A stretch of DNA of 64,000 nt, from IMG/VR virus record IMGVR_UViG_3300042502_001136, positions 19,239 through 83,238 of that record, one strand, 5' to 3'. The DNA comes from a virus. The notes under the pieces were generated by a model, which searched no databases, had not been told where the DNA came from, and saw nothing but the letters and a program-made list of their open reading frames with translations. Made by a program: the position numbers and the translations under genes. Below, in pieces: positions 21,575 through 30,200 of this stretch. The first letter of the stretch is position 1. Every line of letters starts with the position of its first letter.

Positions 21575-21612
21575 CAGTAGCAAATATACAAATACTTTTT
21601 TAATATACCTAT
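21575..21612 (-). promoter_or_regulatory. Bacteroidota sigma-A-type promoter for leftward block
   Basis: Minus-strand TATATTTG at 21588-21581, 46 nt before the ATG; -33 element weak (TAGG 19 nt upstream). Confidence 0.6.
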
Positions 21613-21862
21613 TTTAAAGCGAAAATTCGTATAATATTTTTCATTCTTACAAAACCATCTTCTATTGGGGAAAAGCCGGTACGAGTGTTAAAAATGTTAA
21701 ATTATTAGTATATCAAATCCATATACAATATATTATATATATAGTAAATTATAATATATGTATTTTTGATAGAGGTAATATAGGTGGAACTATTTAATAC
21801 TTGTAAATGTGCAAGTATAGGGTTTCTTGTGGGTGGTTTTGACGAAAGTCTTGAGGGTAATC

Positions 21863-22077
21863 GATGTTGGTGTTAGGTAGAGGTGTAAGGATTTTGTAGG
21901 AAAAAGGTAGAGGGTAAGGTGTTTAAAGAGAGGGATTTAAATGAGGTTGTATAGGGATTGTAATAAAAGGGGATTTTGTTGTAGGAGTTTATGGAGGGTA
22001 AGGGGATTTTGTTGATGGTGTTGGAAGGGTTGATGTGGGTGTAGGGATTAGAGGATTGGGGTGTAGAGGAATAGGTA
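21863..22077 (+). other. 215-nt C-less, G-rich tract
   Basis: No C between 21862 and 22078; many GG/GGG runs. Confidence 0.9.
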
Positions 22078-22317
22078 CTTATATATTAGACCCGTACACG
22101 TGTACCCACCCTAGAAAGAACCCCTACCAAGTTTTGGCGATTTAACATAGCCCGTACTATTGGCTACAATCGTTAAACAACATAATGCTTAAATTAAAAA
22201 TGAAACTATTGCCGAAATAAATGGTAATGGAGTTCGAGCTTCATTTAGGCATTAACCACGTTCTGTCATTGCTCGTTGCGATGAAAATATTATTTATTAA
22301 TCATTAATTGTTTTACA

Positions 22318-22938
22318 ATGAAAAAGTCTTTATTAATTACAGGTGTTAGAGTAATACCTGCTAACGCAAAGGTTGCAAGACCTTTAGTAATCTTCAGTGT
22401 TCAAGGACACGATGATATTGTATTAGCACCAAACCAAGCTCTTATCGGTTTACAAAACAGTGGTAGAGCATTAGGTGTTACAGACGCTATGTCAGCAGAC
22501 GCTCAACAAGCTTACCGAGAAACTATTGGTGCAATTGTTACTGCTGATATTTCTTACCATAAAGCAGGAGAATTCTATGTTATTGACGAGAATCATCCTG
22601 CTATTACAGGTAAAACTCCTCATGAACTTGCAGGACAAGTTAAAATTGGAGATAAAGTTGCTTATAAAGAAGACGGTATGCGTATTGAGGGATTTATTGA
22701 TATTCCTTATACACAAGCTGAACTTATGCGACGTGATATCTCCAAAGAAGTTGCTAAAGGTTTTATGTCCATGTTTGGAGTACAATCTTTTGCTATTCCT
22801 TCTGCTACTTCTTCTGCTACTCCTGTTATAGAGGGTGCACAAGCAGAGCCACCTTTTGAGCCTATTTCTGAACCTGCTACTGAACCTGCTACTGCTGAAT
22901 CAGAGGCTTTTGGTAAACCTGCTAGAAGAACCAAATAA
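22318..22938 (+). CDS. Hypothetical protein, first gene of rightward block
   Basis: 206 aa, strongly biased codon use, EPAT-repeat tail. Confidence 0.8.
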   Translation: MKKSLLITGVRVIPANAKVARPLVIFSVQGHDDIVLAPNQALIGLQNSGRALGVTDAMSADAQQAYRETIGAIVTADISYHKAGEFYVIDENHPAITGKTPHELAGQVKIGDKVAYKEDGMRIEGFIDIPYTQAELMRRDISKEVAKGFMSMFGVQSFAIPSATSSATPVIEGAQAEPPFEPISEPATEPATAESEAFGKPARRTK

Positions 22939-22967
22939 TCATTTCATGTAATTGTTTACGGGAATGA

Positions 22968-23098
22968 TTACGTTGACAAAGATTATGGTAACTACACGTG
23001 CTCGTGTTCGTGGTCACTTCGGTGCTACGACACGTGCTCGTGTTATGGTTACTATACTTGCTCAACATTGTGGTTACGACACGGAGCGTTACGTTGAC
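22968..23098. repeat. CpG-rich degenerate direct-repeat array
   Basis: ACACGTGCTCGTGTT at 22994 and 23030; TTACGTTGAC at 22968 and 23089. Confidence 0.75.
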
Positions 23099-23178
23099 CT
23101 CTGTCTGTGCGAGTAATCGAAGAATTAATACAAATCAAATCAATACAAATAATCGAAGTAAAATTAATAATCAAAACA

Positions 23179-23634
23179 ATGAAAAAAGTATTACCAATTA
23201 CAATTACCATCTTCTTACTAATAGCATTAGTATTAATGATGATGCAAACAGTTACAGTATATAAAGTAGAACCAGTATCACATGGTATAACTACAATGAA
23301 GTTTTATGCTAGTATATCTTTACTATTTATTAATGTTATAATAGTAGGAGGATTAATAGTTCATACATTGTTCTTTTATAAAGTATATAAACTTAATAAA
23401 AAGAAAGCTAGAATGAAAGCTATGGTTGATGATGCTATTAAGACTATATTTAAAGATGATAAATATTTTGAATCTAGTAGTATTAAGAAAGAAGATTTTG
23501 ATAAGGCTATGAAAGAGGATATATTTGAACGTAAGGTAGATGATAGTATGAAGATGAAACATGAAGATATATTTGGTAAACCTATTAGGAAGAGTAATAA
23601 GGTTAGAGTTGATGGGGATGGAGATAGTGATTAA
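23179..23634 (+). CDS. Two-TM membrane protein
   Basis: Start MKKVLPI at 23179; two hydrophobic helices; K.DIF repeats. Confidence 0.65.
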   Translation: MKKVLPITITIFLLIALVLMMMQTVTVYKVEPVSHGITTMKFYASISLLFINVIIVGGLIVHTLFFYKVYKLNKKKARMKAMVDDAIKTIFKDDKYFESSSIKKEDFDKAMKEDIFERKVDDSMKMKHEDIFGKPIRKSNKVRVDGDGDSD

Positions 23635-23783
23635 GGTGTTAAGGGTTTGGGGAGTGTTATAGCTGATTGGAATAATCGTGAGAGAGATGAACCATAGGCA
23701 CAAGCACGTAGAGGCAGGAGAGGTAGTGATAGTTAATAGTATTGTTGGTTAATACTCAAATTATACAAGTCATTTTACTCCTG

Positions 23784-23926
23784 CATTCTCCCCTAATCAT
23801 AACCCTCATAATAAACACCATCAAAACCCTACACACACACACCCTAATAACCCTATTCCTATTCCAATCCACACACAACAACCTCAACAACCTACTAAAC
23901 CTTATACACCATTAACACCAATACAC
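23784..23926 (+). other. 143-nt G-less, C-rich tract
   Basis: No G between 23783 and 23927. Confidence 0.9.
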
Positions 23927-23994
23927 GACCATTACAATACAATTACAGTAACCAATGTGATTATCAACAACTTACCTAATACTACAATATTACA

Positions 23995-24285
23995 ATGTAT
24001 AGACCAAGAAAAATACAAGTTTGTAGCACTGCTACTGCACTTAAAGCATCTAATAGAAGATTTCTTATTATTAGAAAAGAAAAAGATGATAAAACTATTA
24101 ATATGATTCATATTAAATCCTTAACAGCTGAAACAGGTGAAGAATTAGGAGCAGGTAGTCATCTATCAATTAATAAAAAGGTAAAGTATTCATCAATAGG
24201 TTTAACTGATGATGCTGCTAAAGAACTTTATGTATGTTTACATCATTATTTAAAAAATAGTATAAATATACCAAATACACAATAA
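23995..24285 (+). CDS. Hypothetical protein
   Basis: ORF track. Confidence 0.6.
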   Translation: MYRPRKIQVCSTATALKASNRRFLIIRKEKDDKTINMIHIKSLTAETGEELGAGSHLSINKKVKYSSIGLTDDAAKELYVCLHHYLKNSINIPNTQ

Positions 24286-24287
24286 TC

Positions 24288-24419
24288 ATGATGAAACACA
24301 TTATACTAAATGCAATAATAGTAATAATTATTATACTAATAGGTAATTTATATATTGGTTATTATTTGAAGATTAAATCAATTAACAATCTTAAAAATAA
24401 AGGTCATGAATCAGTTTAA
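24288..24419 (+). CDS. Small single-TM protein (43 aa, not in ORF track)
   Basis: MMKHIILNAIIVIIIILIGNLYIGYYLK...; fills gap between ORFs. Confidence 0.5.
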   Translation: MMKHIILNAIIVIIIILIGNLYIGYYLKIKSINNLKNKGHESV

Positions 24420-25158
24420 AAGAGCACAAGTAATAATGTTACCTACAAAAGATAAAAATTCAGGTATTATTCTTAGTAATAAAAAACCTTATATATATAA
24501 TAGAATAGGAAAAAATAATAATTTACTAGGTAATGATGATTCAGTATCTTTTCAACATTTATCTATTATTTCAGATGATGAAATTAAAAAAAAGGATTGG
24601 TATATTAAAGCAGGTTGTGAATTACCTATTAAGGCAAGTTATAATATAGGTTTATGTAAAAATCGTAAAAAAATTATAGCTACAATAGATACTTCATTAA
24701 AAATTACTAAATCTGTTACTCATTCAAGTCCTAATAATACAAATAGTATTAGAAAAGAATTAATTGTAGAAACATTACCTCAACCATCACAACAATTTAT
24801 TGAAAGATATATTGAATCTTATAATAAAGGTGAAGTTATTACTGATGTATTAGTTGAGTATGAAACTAAATGTATTGGTTGTGGTGCTTATGTTAATAAA
24901 GATATGAAATATTGTTCTTATCCTGTACCTGATGAACATAATAGATGTTTACATGATGTACTTAAAGTAAATTCTAAAGACAATACTATTACAATTAAAA
25001 AACTAAAAGATAGTTGGAGTAGAGAAGAGGTTATTGAATTTGCTTATAATTTATTAAAAGCTACGGGTAAAGAAATTAAAGCAGAAATGGTAGAAATTAG
25101 AACAAATCCTCATATTGAATTTACAGGAGTAGATGAATGGATTGAAGAAAACTTATAA
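24406..25158 (+). CDS. Hypothetical phage protein with Zn-ribbon-like insert
   Basis: V.MLPT, QHL.IISDDEIK..DW, LPQPSQQFI..YIE.YN; CIGC...C...C. Confidence 0.7.
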   Translation: MNQFKRAQVIMLPTKDKNSGIILSNKKPYIYNRIGKNNNLLGNDDSVSFQHLSIISDDEIKKKDWYIKAGCELPIKASYNIGLCKNRKKIIATIDTSLKITKSVTHSSPNNTNSIRKELIVETLPQPSQQFIERYIESYNKGEVITDVLVEYETKCIGCGAYVNKDMKYCSYPVPDEHNRCLHDVLKVNSKDNTITIKKLKDSWSREEVIEFAYNLLKATGKEIKAEMVEIRTNPHIEFTGVDEWIEENL

Positions 25159-25187
25159 ACAAACACAAATAAAACCAATACAAGATT

Positions 25188-25508
25188 ATGAACACAGAAA
25201 ACATAGAAACAGTAAAAGCTCCTATTGATTTAACATCTAACTTAACCAATGAGAGTGTATTAATACCTAGAAAAGTATTAGATGCTTTAATAGGTAATCT
25301 TATGATGGTTAACTTTGACTATTATAGAAAAAGTTTATCTAATAAAATATTAGATGCTAAATCAATGAAAGATTTAAAAGATATAATATTCTTTGAAGCT
25401 GAATATTGGAATACTCTTGATAAGTATGAAACTATACTAAAAGAAGAGATTGAAATAGAAGTAACAGCTGATGAAGCTACTGAAAGTGTTGAATATAAAG
25501 CTCATTAA
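25188..25508 (+). CDS. Hypothetical protein
   Basis: ORF track. Confidence 0.6.
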   Translation: MNTENIETVKAPIDLTSNLTNESVLIPRKVLDALIGNLMMVNFDYYRKSLSNKILDAKSMKDLKDIIFFEAEYWNTLDKYETILKEEIEIEVTADEATESVEYKAH

Positions 25509-25511
25509 GCT

Positions 25512-25742
25512 ATGTCAATACAAATAGCACGTTTATCAGCTGACATTGAAGTAGGAGGAACTATTCATAAAATTAACTACGTTCAAACAAAATTGGACGT
25601 AGTTAAATTTGCAGGAGGTTCTGAAAGAGGAACATCATTACAACTATCATTTCTAAATGAAGATAAAGAAAGACAACATATTCAATTAGATAATGATAAT
25701 GTAAAAGAATTAATACAAGCATTAATAGAATATTTTAAATAA
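25512..25742 (+). CDS. Hypothetical protein
   Basis: ORF track; F.GG..RG.SLQL motif. Confidence 0.6.
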   Translation: MSIQIARLSADIEVGGTIHKINYVQTKLDVVKFAGGSERGTSLQLSFLNEDKERQHIQLDNDNVKELIQALIEYFK

Positions 25743-25747
25743 TAATC

Positions 25748-25990
25748 ATGACAAAAGTAAAAGAAATAACAGTAGCTATTGCACAACATAGTTTCTTTAT
25801 AATAGAAGAAAATAATAAAGTTAATAGAATTATTGATGGTAATGAAGGAGATAATACTGTATTTAAAATAGTTAATTTATCGCCTTCAATAGCTTTAAAA
25901 CTTACTGATTTTTTATTAGATGCTGTCGATAAAGATATTCTTGTAAAGTTATTTAATGATACACATTCATTAATTTTTAATCCAAAATAA
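25748..25990 (+). CDS. Hypothetical protein
   Basis: ORF track. Confidence 0.6.
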   Translation: MTKVKEITVAIAQHSFFIIEENNKVNRIIDGNEGDNTVFKIVNLSPSIALKLTDFLLDAVDKDILVKLFNDTHSLIFNPK

Positions 25991-25994
25991 TAAT

Positions 25995-26396
25995 ATGTTT
26001 GACATGAATTATATAATACTAACTATAGCCATTATCGTTGTATTTGGACTAATAGTAACTTTATTAGTTATGAAGATATCTTCTGCTACTATTAAAGAAA
26101 GACAACATGATGTTGCATTTAATTGTGATATATATACTCCTTTTAATGATAAAGAAGTGTATGAAAGACAGTATAGTGTTACAATACACTATTTAGATAA
26201 TCTTATCCAACTTTTAGAAAGTTCAGATTATGCTATTAAAGATGGAACAATTGCAAGATTTAAGGGAAATTATTATATTTATTGTACTACTAGTATACAT
26301 AAAGATAAATGGATTCCTTGTAATGTTGTTCTTATTGCAGATAAAATTAAATTTATATCCATAAAACAAGATGTACTACTTAAACAAAAACCTTAG
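25995..26396 (+). CDS. Membrane-anchored hypothetical protein
   Basis: N-terminal TM. Confidence 0.6.
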   Translation: MFDMNYIILTIAIIVVFGLIVTLLVMKISSATIKERQHDVAFNCDIYTPFNDKEVYERQYSVTIHYLDNLIQLLESSDYAIKDGTIARFKGNYYIYCTTSIHKDKWIPCNVVLIADKIKFISIKQDVLLKQKP

Positions 26397-26781
26397 AATA
26401 TCTACACCTGCTCTTATTACTTTACTTGAAGCTAATAATTTCAAGATTAATAAAGATGAAACAAAAGTAATTATTGTAGATAAAATCAGACTTAGTGAAG
26501 CTTCTTGTACTTTAGAAGAAGCTCACACAGAATTAAAACGATTATCTCCTATTTATAATAAATATGAAAAAGTACCTGAAAATCTACTTAAACTTAAAAC
26601 AATAAATCATATGTTTATTGATATTGAGAAAGAATATAGAGAATTAAGAGAAAAACTTGTTTATTATTATTGTATTCAAAATTGTGTTAAACGATTAGGA
26701 AGAGTTAATAAAATAATCGAAAAATCTATTACTACTCCTTTTGCTATTGATAGCCCTTGTGATAGTAATACTCCGACATAA
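26371..26781 (+). CDS. Hypothetical protein
   Basis: ORF track. Confidence 0.6.
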   Translation: MYYLNKNLRISTPALITLLEANNFKINKDETKVIIVDKIRLSEASCTLEEAHTELKRLSPIYNKYEKVPENLLKLKTINHMFIDIEKEYRELREKLVYYYCIQNCVKRLGRVNKIIEKSITTPFAIDSPCDSNTPT

Positions 26782-26799
26782 TATGTGCCGATATATTAG

Positions 26800-26955
26800 A
26801 GTCACTACCTGTAAAGGTGGCAGCATAGAAATATGCCTTACACATAGTAATATGTTATCAGTTAACCAATAACACTGATATTAATGTAAGTAGTTAATAA
26901 GAATCTTATTAACATTGTGCAAATAGACAACACTCCTGCTTGTGTTTCTATTAAG
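26800..26955 (+). ncRNA. Candidate structured ncRNA
   Basis: Series of adjacent stems, three closed by GNRA loops (GTAA, GAAA, GTAA). Confidence 0.55.
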
Positions 26956-26979
26956 TATTAACAAAAAAACAACCAAATA

Positions 26980-27354
26980 ATGGAAGCATTTAAAGACTAT
27001 TACAAATTTCCACTCAAACAAGAACCAGTATTAGAAGAAGTAGTATTAACTGCTGATGATAATTTTGCTATTGAGTTTGTAGAAGAAGATGATAAAAAAG
27101 GATTATATCTTTCTGATGTAACTAAAAAAGAAATAATTCATGCTCTTAATAAAGGAAATAAAATACAACAGTATTTTCCTAATCTTAATATTGAAGGAAG
27201 TTATATTAAATCAGGTAACAAAACTCTTATATCTATAAGAGGTTGGGGTAATCTTACTGGTATTGGTGGACATAATTTAGATGTTGATAAAGCTAAATCT
27301 ATTCAACATCAATTTGCTCTTTATATAGTTAATTGTTTGACTAAATCTTTATAG
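26980..27354 (+). CDS. Hypothetical phage protein
   Basis: IRGWG.LTG.GG.NL motif. Confidence 0.7.
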   Translation: MEAFKDYYKFPLKQEPVLEEVVLTADDNFAIEFVEEDDKKGLYLSDVTKKEIIHALNKGNKIQQYFPNLNIEGSYIKSGNKTLISIRGWGNLTGIGGHNLDVDKAKSIQHQFALYIVNCLTKSL

Positions 27355-27356
27355 AT

Positions 27357-27533
27357 ATGAGCAAAGAAAAACGACCTAGAATAGCAATAGGACAATTAGT
27401 TCGTTCAACAAATGAAGTACAACAAAGTTGTATTAGACAATTATGCATTGCTCAATATTATAATCCTAATAATTATACTCGTATTAAACGAAAAGTAATA
27501 CAATCAGAAGATGAACAAGAAAAAACCAATTAA
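27357..27533 (+). CDS. Small hypothetical protein (58 aa, not in ORF track)
   Basis: MSKEKRPRIAIGQLVRS..., 2 nt after upstream stop. Confidence 0.5.
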   Translation: MSKEKRPRIAIGQLVRSTNEVQQSCIRQLCIAQYYNPNNYTRIKRKVIQSEDEQEKTN

Positions 27534-27547
27534 ATAAATAACTAATA

Positions 27548-27751
27548 ATGAAGAAGAAGCCTAAGTATGTGGTAGTAGTACCTACACATAGAAGAACAGG
27601 TGCAACAGCTCCTGCAATTACAACATCAGTAACATATGTTAATATTGATGATTTAAATAATAATGATCGAAAAAGAGCAATAGATGAAGCTGAACAAGCA
27701 TCAAGACTAAGTGCTTCTGATGAATACGATTTTAGAATCAAAGAAAACTAA
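27548..27751 (+). CDS. Hypothetical protein
   Basis: ORF track. Confidence 0.55.
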   Translation: MKKKPKYVVVVPTHRRTGATAPAITTSVTYVNIDDLNNNDRKRAIDEAEQASRLSASDEYDFRIKEN

Positions 27752-27759
27752 GATTGTAG

Positions 27760-28060
27760 AGGTTAAACATTGAAACCTTGTATCTAAATCACCTGATACA
27801 AAAGAAAGAGTATCGAAAATAGTAATATATAAGATGCTCCACACAACACTTGAAATGGTATTTGAGAGTGAACATAGGATATTAGTAGTATTTAGAGATA
27901 CTTATAGTGATATATCTGTTGATATATCTGTTGATGTGTGATGGGTTACCAGCATGACCATTATAAATAATAAAAGTATTAGATAACAAATCTAAAATTG
28001 GGATACTTAAAGTTTATGATGGTGCTAATGATTAAAAAGGAGAAATCCATAAAGATACTC
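27760..28060 (+). ncRNA. Candidate multi-branched structured ncRNA
   Basis: Closing helix GAGTATC 27808/GATACTC 28054 encloses several nested stems. Confidence 0.5.
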
Positions 28061-28100
28061 ATTTTTGGTTGAGTTTTATTTGTTTGTTTGATGTACTACC

Positions 28101-28137
28101 CCGCTACACTTACATAGTGTAGCGGAATTACATTTTT
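28101..28137 (+). terminator. Strong hairpin, probable terminator
   Basis: ccgctacact-tacat-agtgtagcgg perfect 10-bp stem. Confidence 0.6.
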
Positions 28138-28373
28138 ACCCCTTTGTAGTACTATAATATTACTTTAGATATAAAGTTCAATACAAGTGTTTAAAATAAG
28201 CCAAGAATTTTACTAATGATGATATTTACCCCAATAGAAGATAGTGTTCGTTTGAGGTAATTGAAATATATCATTATATTAGTGATAATATTAATGCTCA
28301 TATTACAGACAAAACAAACATTCCCTCTATTGGGAAAAATATTAACTATAGAAACTTTAATAATTATATATAT

Positions 28374-28706
28374 ATGGCGTTAGAACTAGAACAAATCAAA
28401 TTGAAACATGGTCTTCTACTAATAGAAGAAGAAAAACCAATGGTAGCAACACACTCAGGTGGTGTAGCTAAAACACAAGACACTATTAATGCAGAAATTG
28501 CAAAAAAACAAATTTACATAGGTAAAGTTGTTAAAGTAATTAAATCATTAAAAGACGAAGATGAAGATTGTATTGATTGCAAAGAAGGTGACATAGTATG
28601 TTATCAAAAACAAGCTTGTGACCCTTTTGATATTCCTATTAATGGATATAACAATCTTAAAACAATAAGACCTGTTTATATCATTGCTATTATTACAAGT
28701 GAGTAA
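28374..28706 (+). CDS. GroES/Cpn10-like co-chaperonin
   Basis: LLLIEE....T.SGG...GKVVKV....KEGDIV.Y....IIAII pattern. Confidence 0.65.
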   Translation: MALELEQIKLKHGLLLIEEEKPMVATHSGGVAKTQDTINAEIAKKQIYIGKVVKVIKSLKDEDEDCIDCKEGDIVCYQKQACDPFDIPINGYNNLKTIRPVYIIAIITSE

Positions 28707-29031
28707 TGTAATCACAAAATATCTATTAGAACAAGGAGAACTTATTGCACAAACTACCAGCTATGGTAGAGCAGAAAAATTCAATAAAACTCTTGAAGCT
28801 ATAGAAAAAGAAAGACCTAATTGGGTAACTAGAATAGGTTATTTTAAAAAACTTATTGTTCCAAATAAAATAGAGTTTAATAATGTTAATAAAGAACCTT
28901 ATCCTATAACTCTAAGCATACTTCCTACATTAGATGTTCCAAAAGAAAATATTAAATATGAAATACTATTTACTATTGGAAGTGAAGATGATGGAAAATT
29001 ATTAAGTTATATAGAAATAGAAGAACCTTAA
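28684..29031 (+). CDS. Hypothetical protein
   Basis: ORF track; start uncertain. Confidence 0.55.
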   Translation: MLLLQVSNVITKYLLEQGELIAQTTSYGRAEKFNKTLEAIEKERPNWVTRIGYFKKLIVPNKIEFNNVNKEPYPITLSILPTLDVPKENIKYEILFTIGSEDDGKLLSYIEIEEP

Positions 29032-29049
29032 CTATTTATACTCTCTCAT

Positions 29050-29322
29050 ATGGATAAAAATACACCCAATTTAGAACATGATAAATATCCACAAGTATTT
29101 AATAGAGAATATCCTATTAAAGATATGTCTGTTGGATATTTAAAGACTCAAATTGAAAAGATAGAAAGAACTGAAATTAATTCTGAATATCTTAAAGATT
29201 TGAAAGCTGAATATAAATTTAAAACAACTATTAGATTTGTATCTCTTACAACTAAAACTAATTGTGATTTTACAATTAAATCAAAAATTACTATAACCCT
29301 TAATCCTAATAATCTAAAATAA
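29050..29322 (+). CDS. Hypothetical protein
   Basis: ORF track. Confidence 0.55.
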   Translation: MDKNTPNLEHDKYPQVFNREYPIKDMSVGYLKTQIEKIERTEINSEYLKDLKAEYKFKTTIRFVSLTTKTNCDFTIKSKITITLNPNNLK

Positions 29323-29324
29323 AA

Positions 29325-29507
29325 ATGAACGATAGATTCAAAATCCTTAAAGGAACGCCACAAGATGTAGAAGAAGTATTAAATGAACTTGTAACAAAAG
29401 GACAATTTGTTAAAGTAATTAGTAGTTGTGCTATGGGCACAAAAGATATTGCTGTTACTTGTTTTGTTCGTCCTGATAAATTAACTGCCGGTAAAGGTAC
29501 AAAGTAA
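29325..29507 (+). CDS. Hypothetical protein
   Basis: ORF track. Confidence 0.55.
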   Translation: MNDRFKILKGTPQDVEEVLNELVTKGQFVKVISSCAMGTKDIAVTCFVRPDKLTAGKGTK

Positions 29508-29510
29508 GAA

Positions 29511-30179
29511 ATGAAAAGAATACTAATTTTTGATACAGAAACACATGATAGAGCTAAGAATTTTGGTAAACCTGAAGATGATTTAACTAATTATCCTTAT
29601 GTTTTACAAATTGCTGGTAAAATCATTGAAGTTGATGAAACTCTTGCAGATTTTAATCCTAAGATAATATATACTTTTAATAAGTATGTAAGACCTACTA
29701 GGGATAACAAAGAATTTATAATAACTCCTGCTTCTAAAAAAATACATAATTTATCAGAAGAATTACTTTTTAAAGAAGGAGAAGATATTAAAGATATTAG
29801 TTATCACTTTAATGGATTAGCAAATGCAGTAGATTATATAGTTGCTCATAACATTCAATTTGATAGAAATGTTATGGCTTCTGAATTACTTAGATTAGGC
29901 ATTAAACCTACAGCTAAAAAAGGTTGTAGAGCATTTTGTACTATGAAATATAATACTAACATTATTAAACTTCCTAATCCTAACTACCCTAATAGTTTTA
30001 AATTTCCATCATTAAGTGATATGTATTTGTATTACTTCAAAAAGGAATTAGCAGAGAACTATAAAGCACATGATGCTATGGGTGATGTAGACGCATTAAC
30101 AGATTGTGTATTAGTTATGCTATTAACTGATAATAATTTTGCTGAATGGATTAAAGGAAATGTTGAAGATATTTATTAA
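29511..30179 (+). CDS. DEDDh 3'-5' exonuclease (DnaQ-like)
   Basis: IFDTET, VAHNIQFD, AHDAMGDV. Confidence 0.9.
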   Translation: MKRILIFDTETHDRAKNFGKPEDDLTNYPYVLQIAGKIIEVDETLADFNPKIIYTFNKYVRPTRDNKEFIITPASKKIHNLSEELLFKEGEDIKDISYHFNGLANAVDYIVAHNIQFDRNVMASELLRLGIKPTAKKGCRAFCTMKYNTNIIKLPNPNYPNSFKFPSLSDMYLYYFKKELAENYKAHDAMGDVDALTDCVLVMLLTDNNFAEWIKGNVEDIY

Positions 30180-30200
30180 CATATTTTAATATTACATTTA

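Noticed and set aside
22184-22260. tRNA suggested by GTTCGA at 22232
   Set aside because: No cloverleaf or acceptor stem can be built; no tRNA recognised anywhere in the window.
22998-23264. 88-aa ORF over the repeat array
   Set aside because: GTG start inside a repeat, overlaps the better ORF starting at 23179, and has atypical composition.
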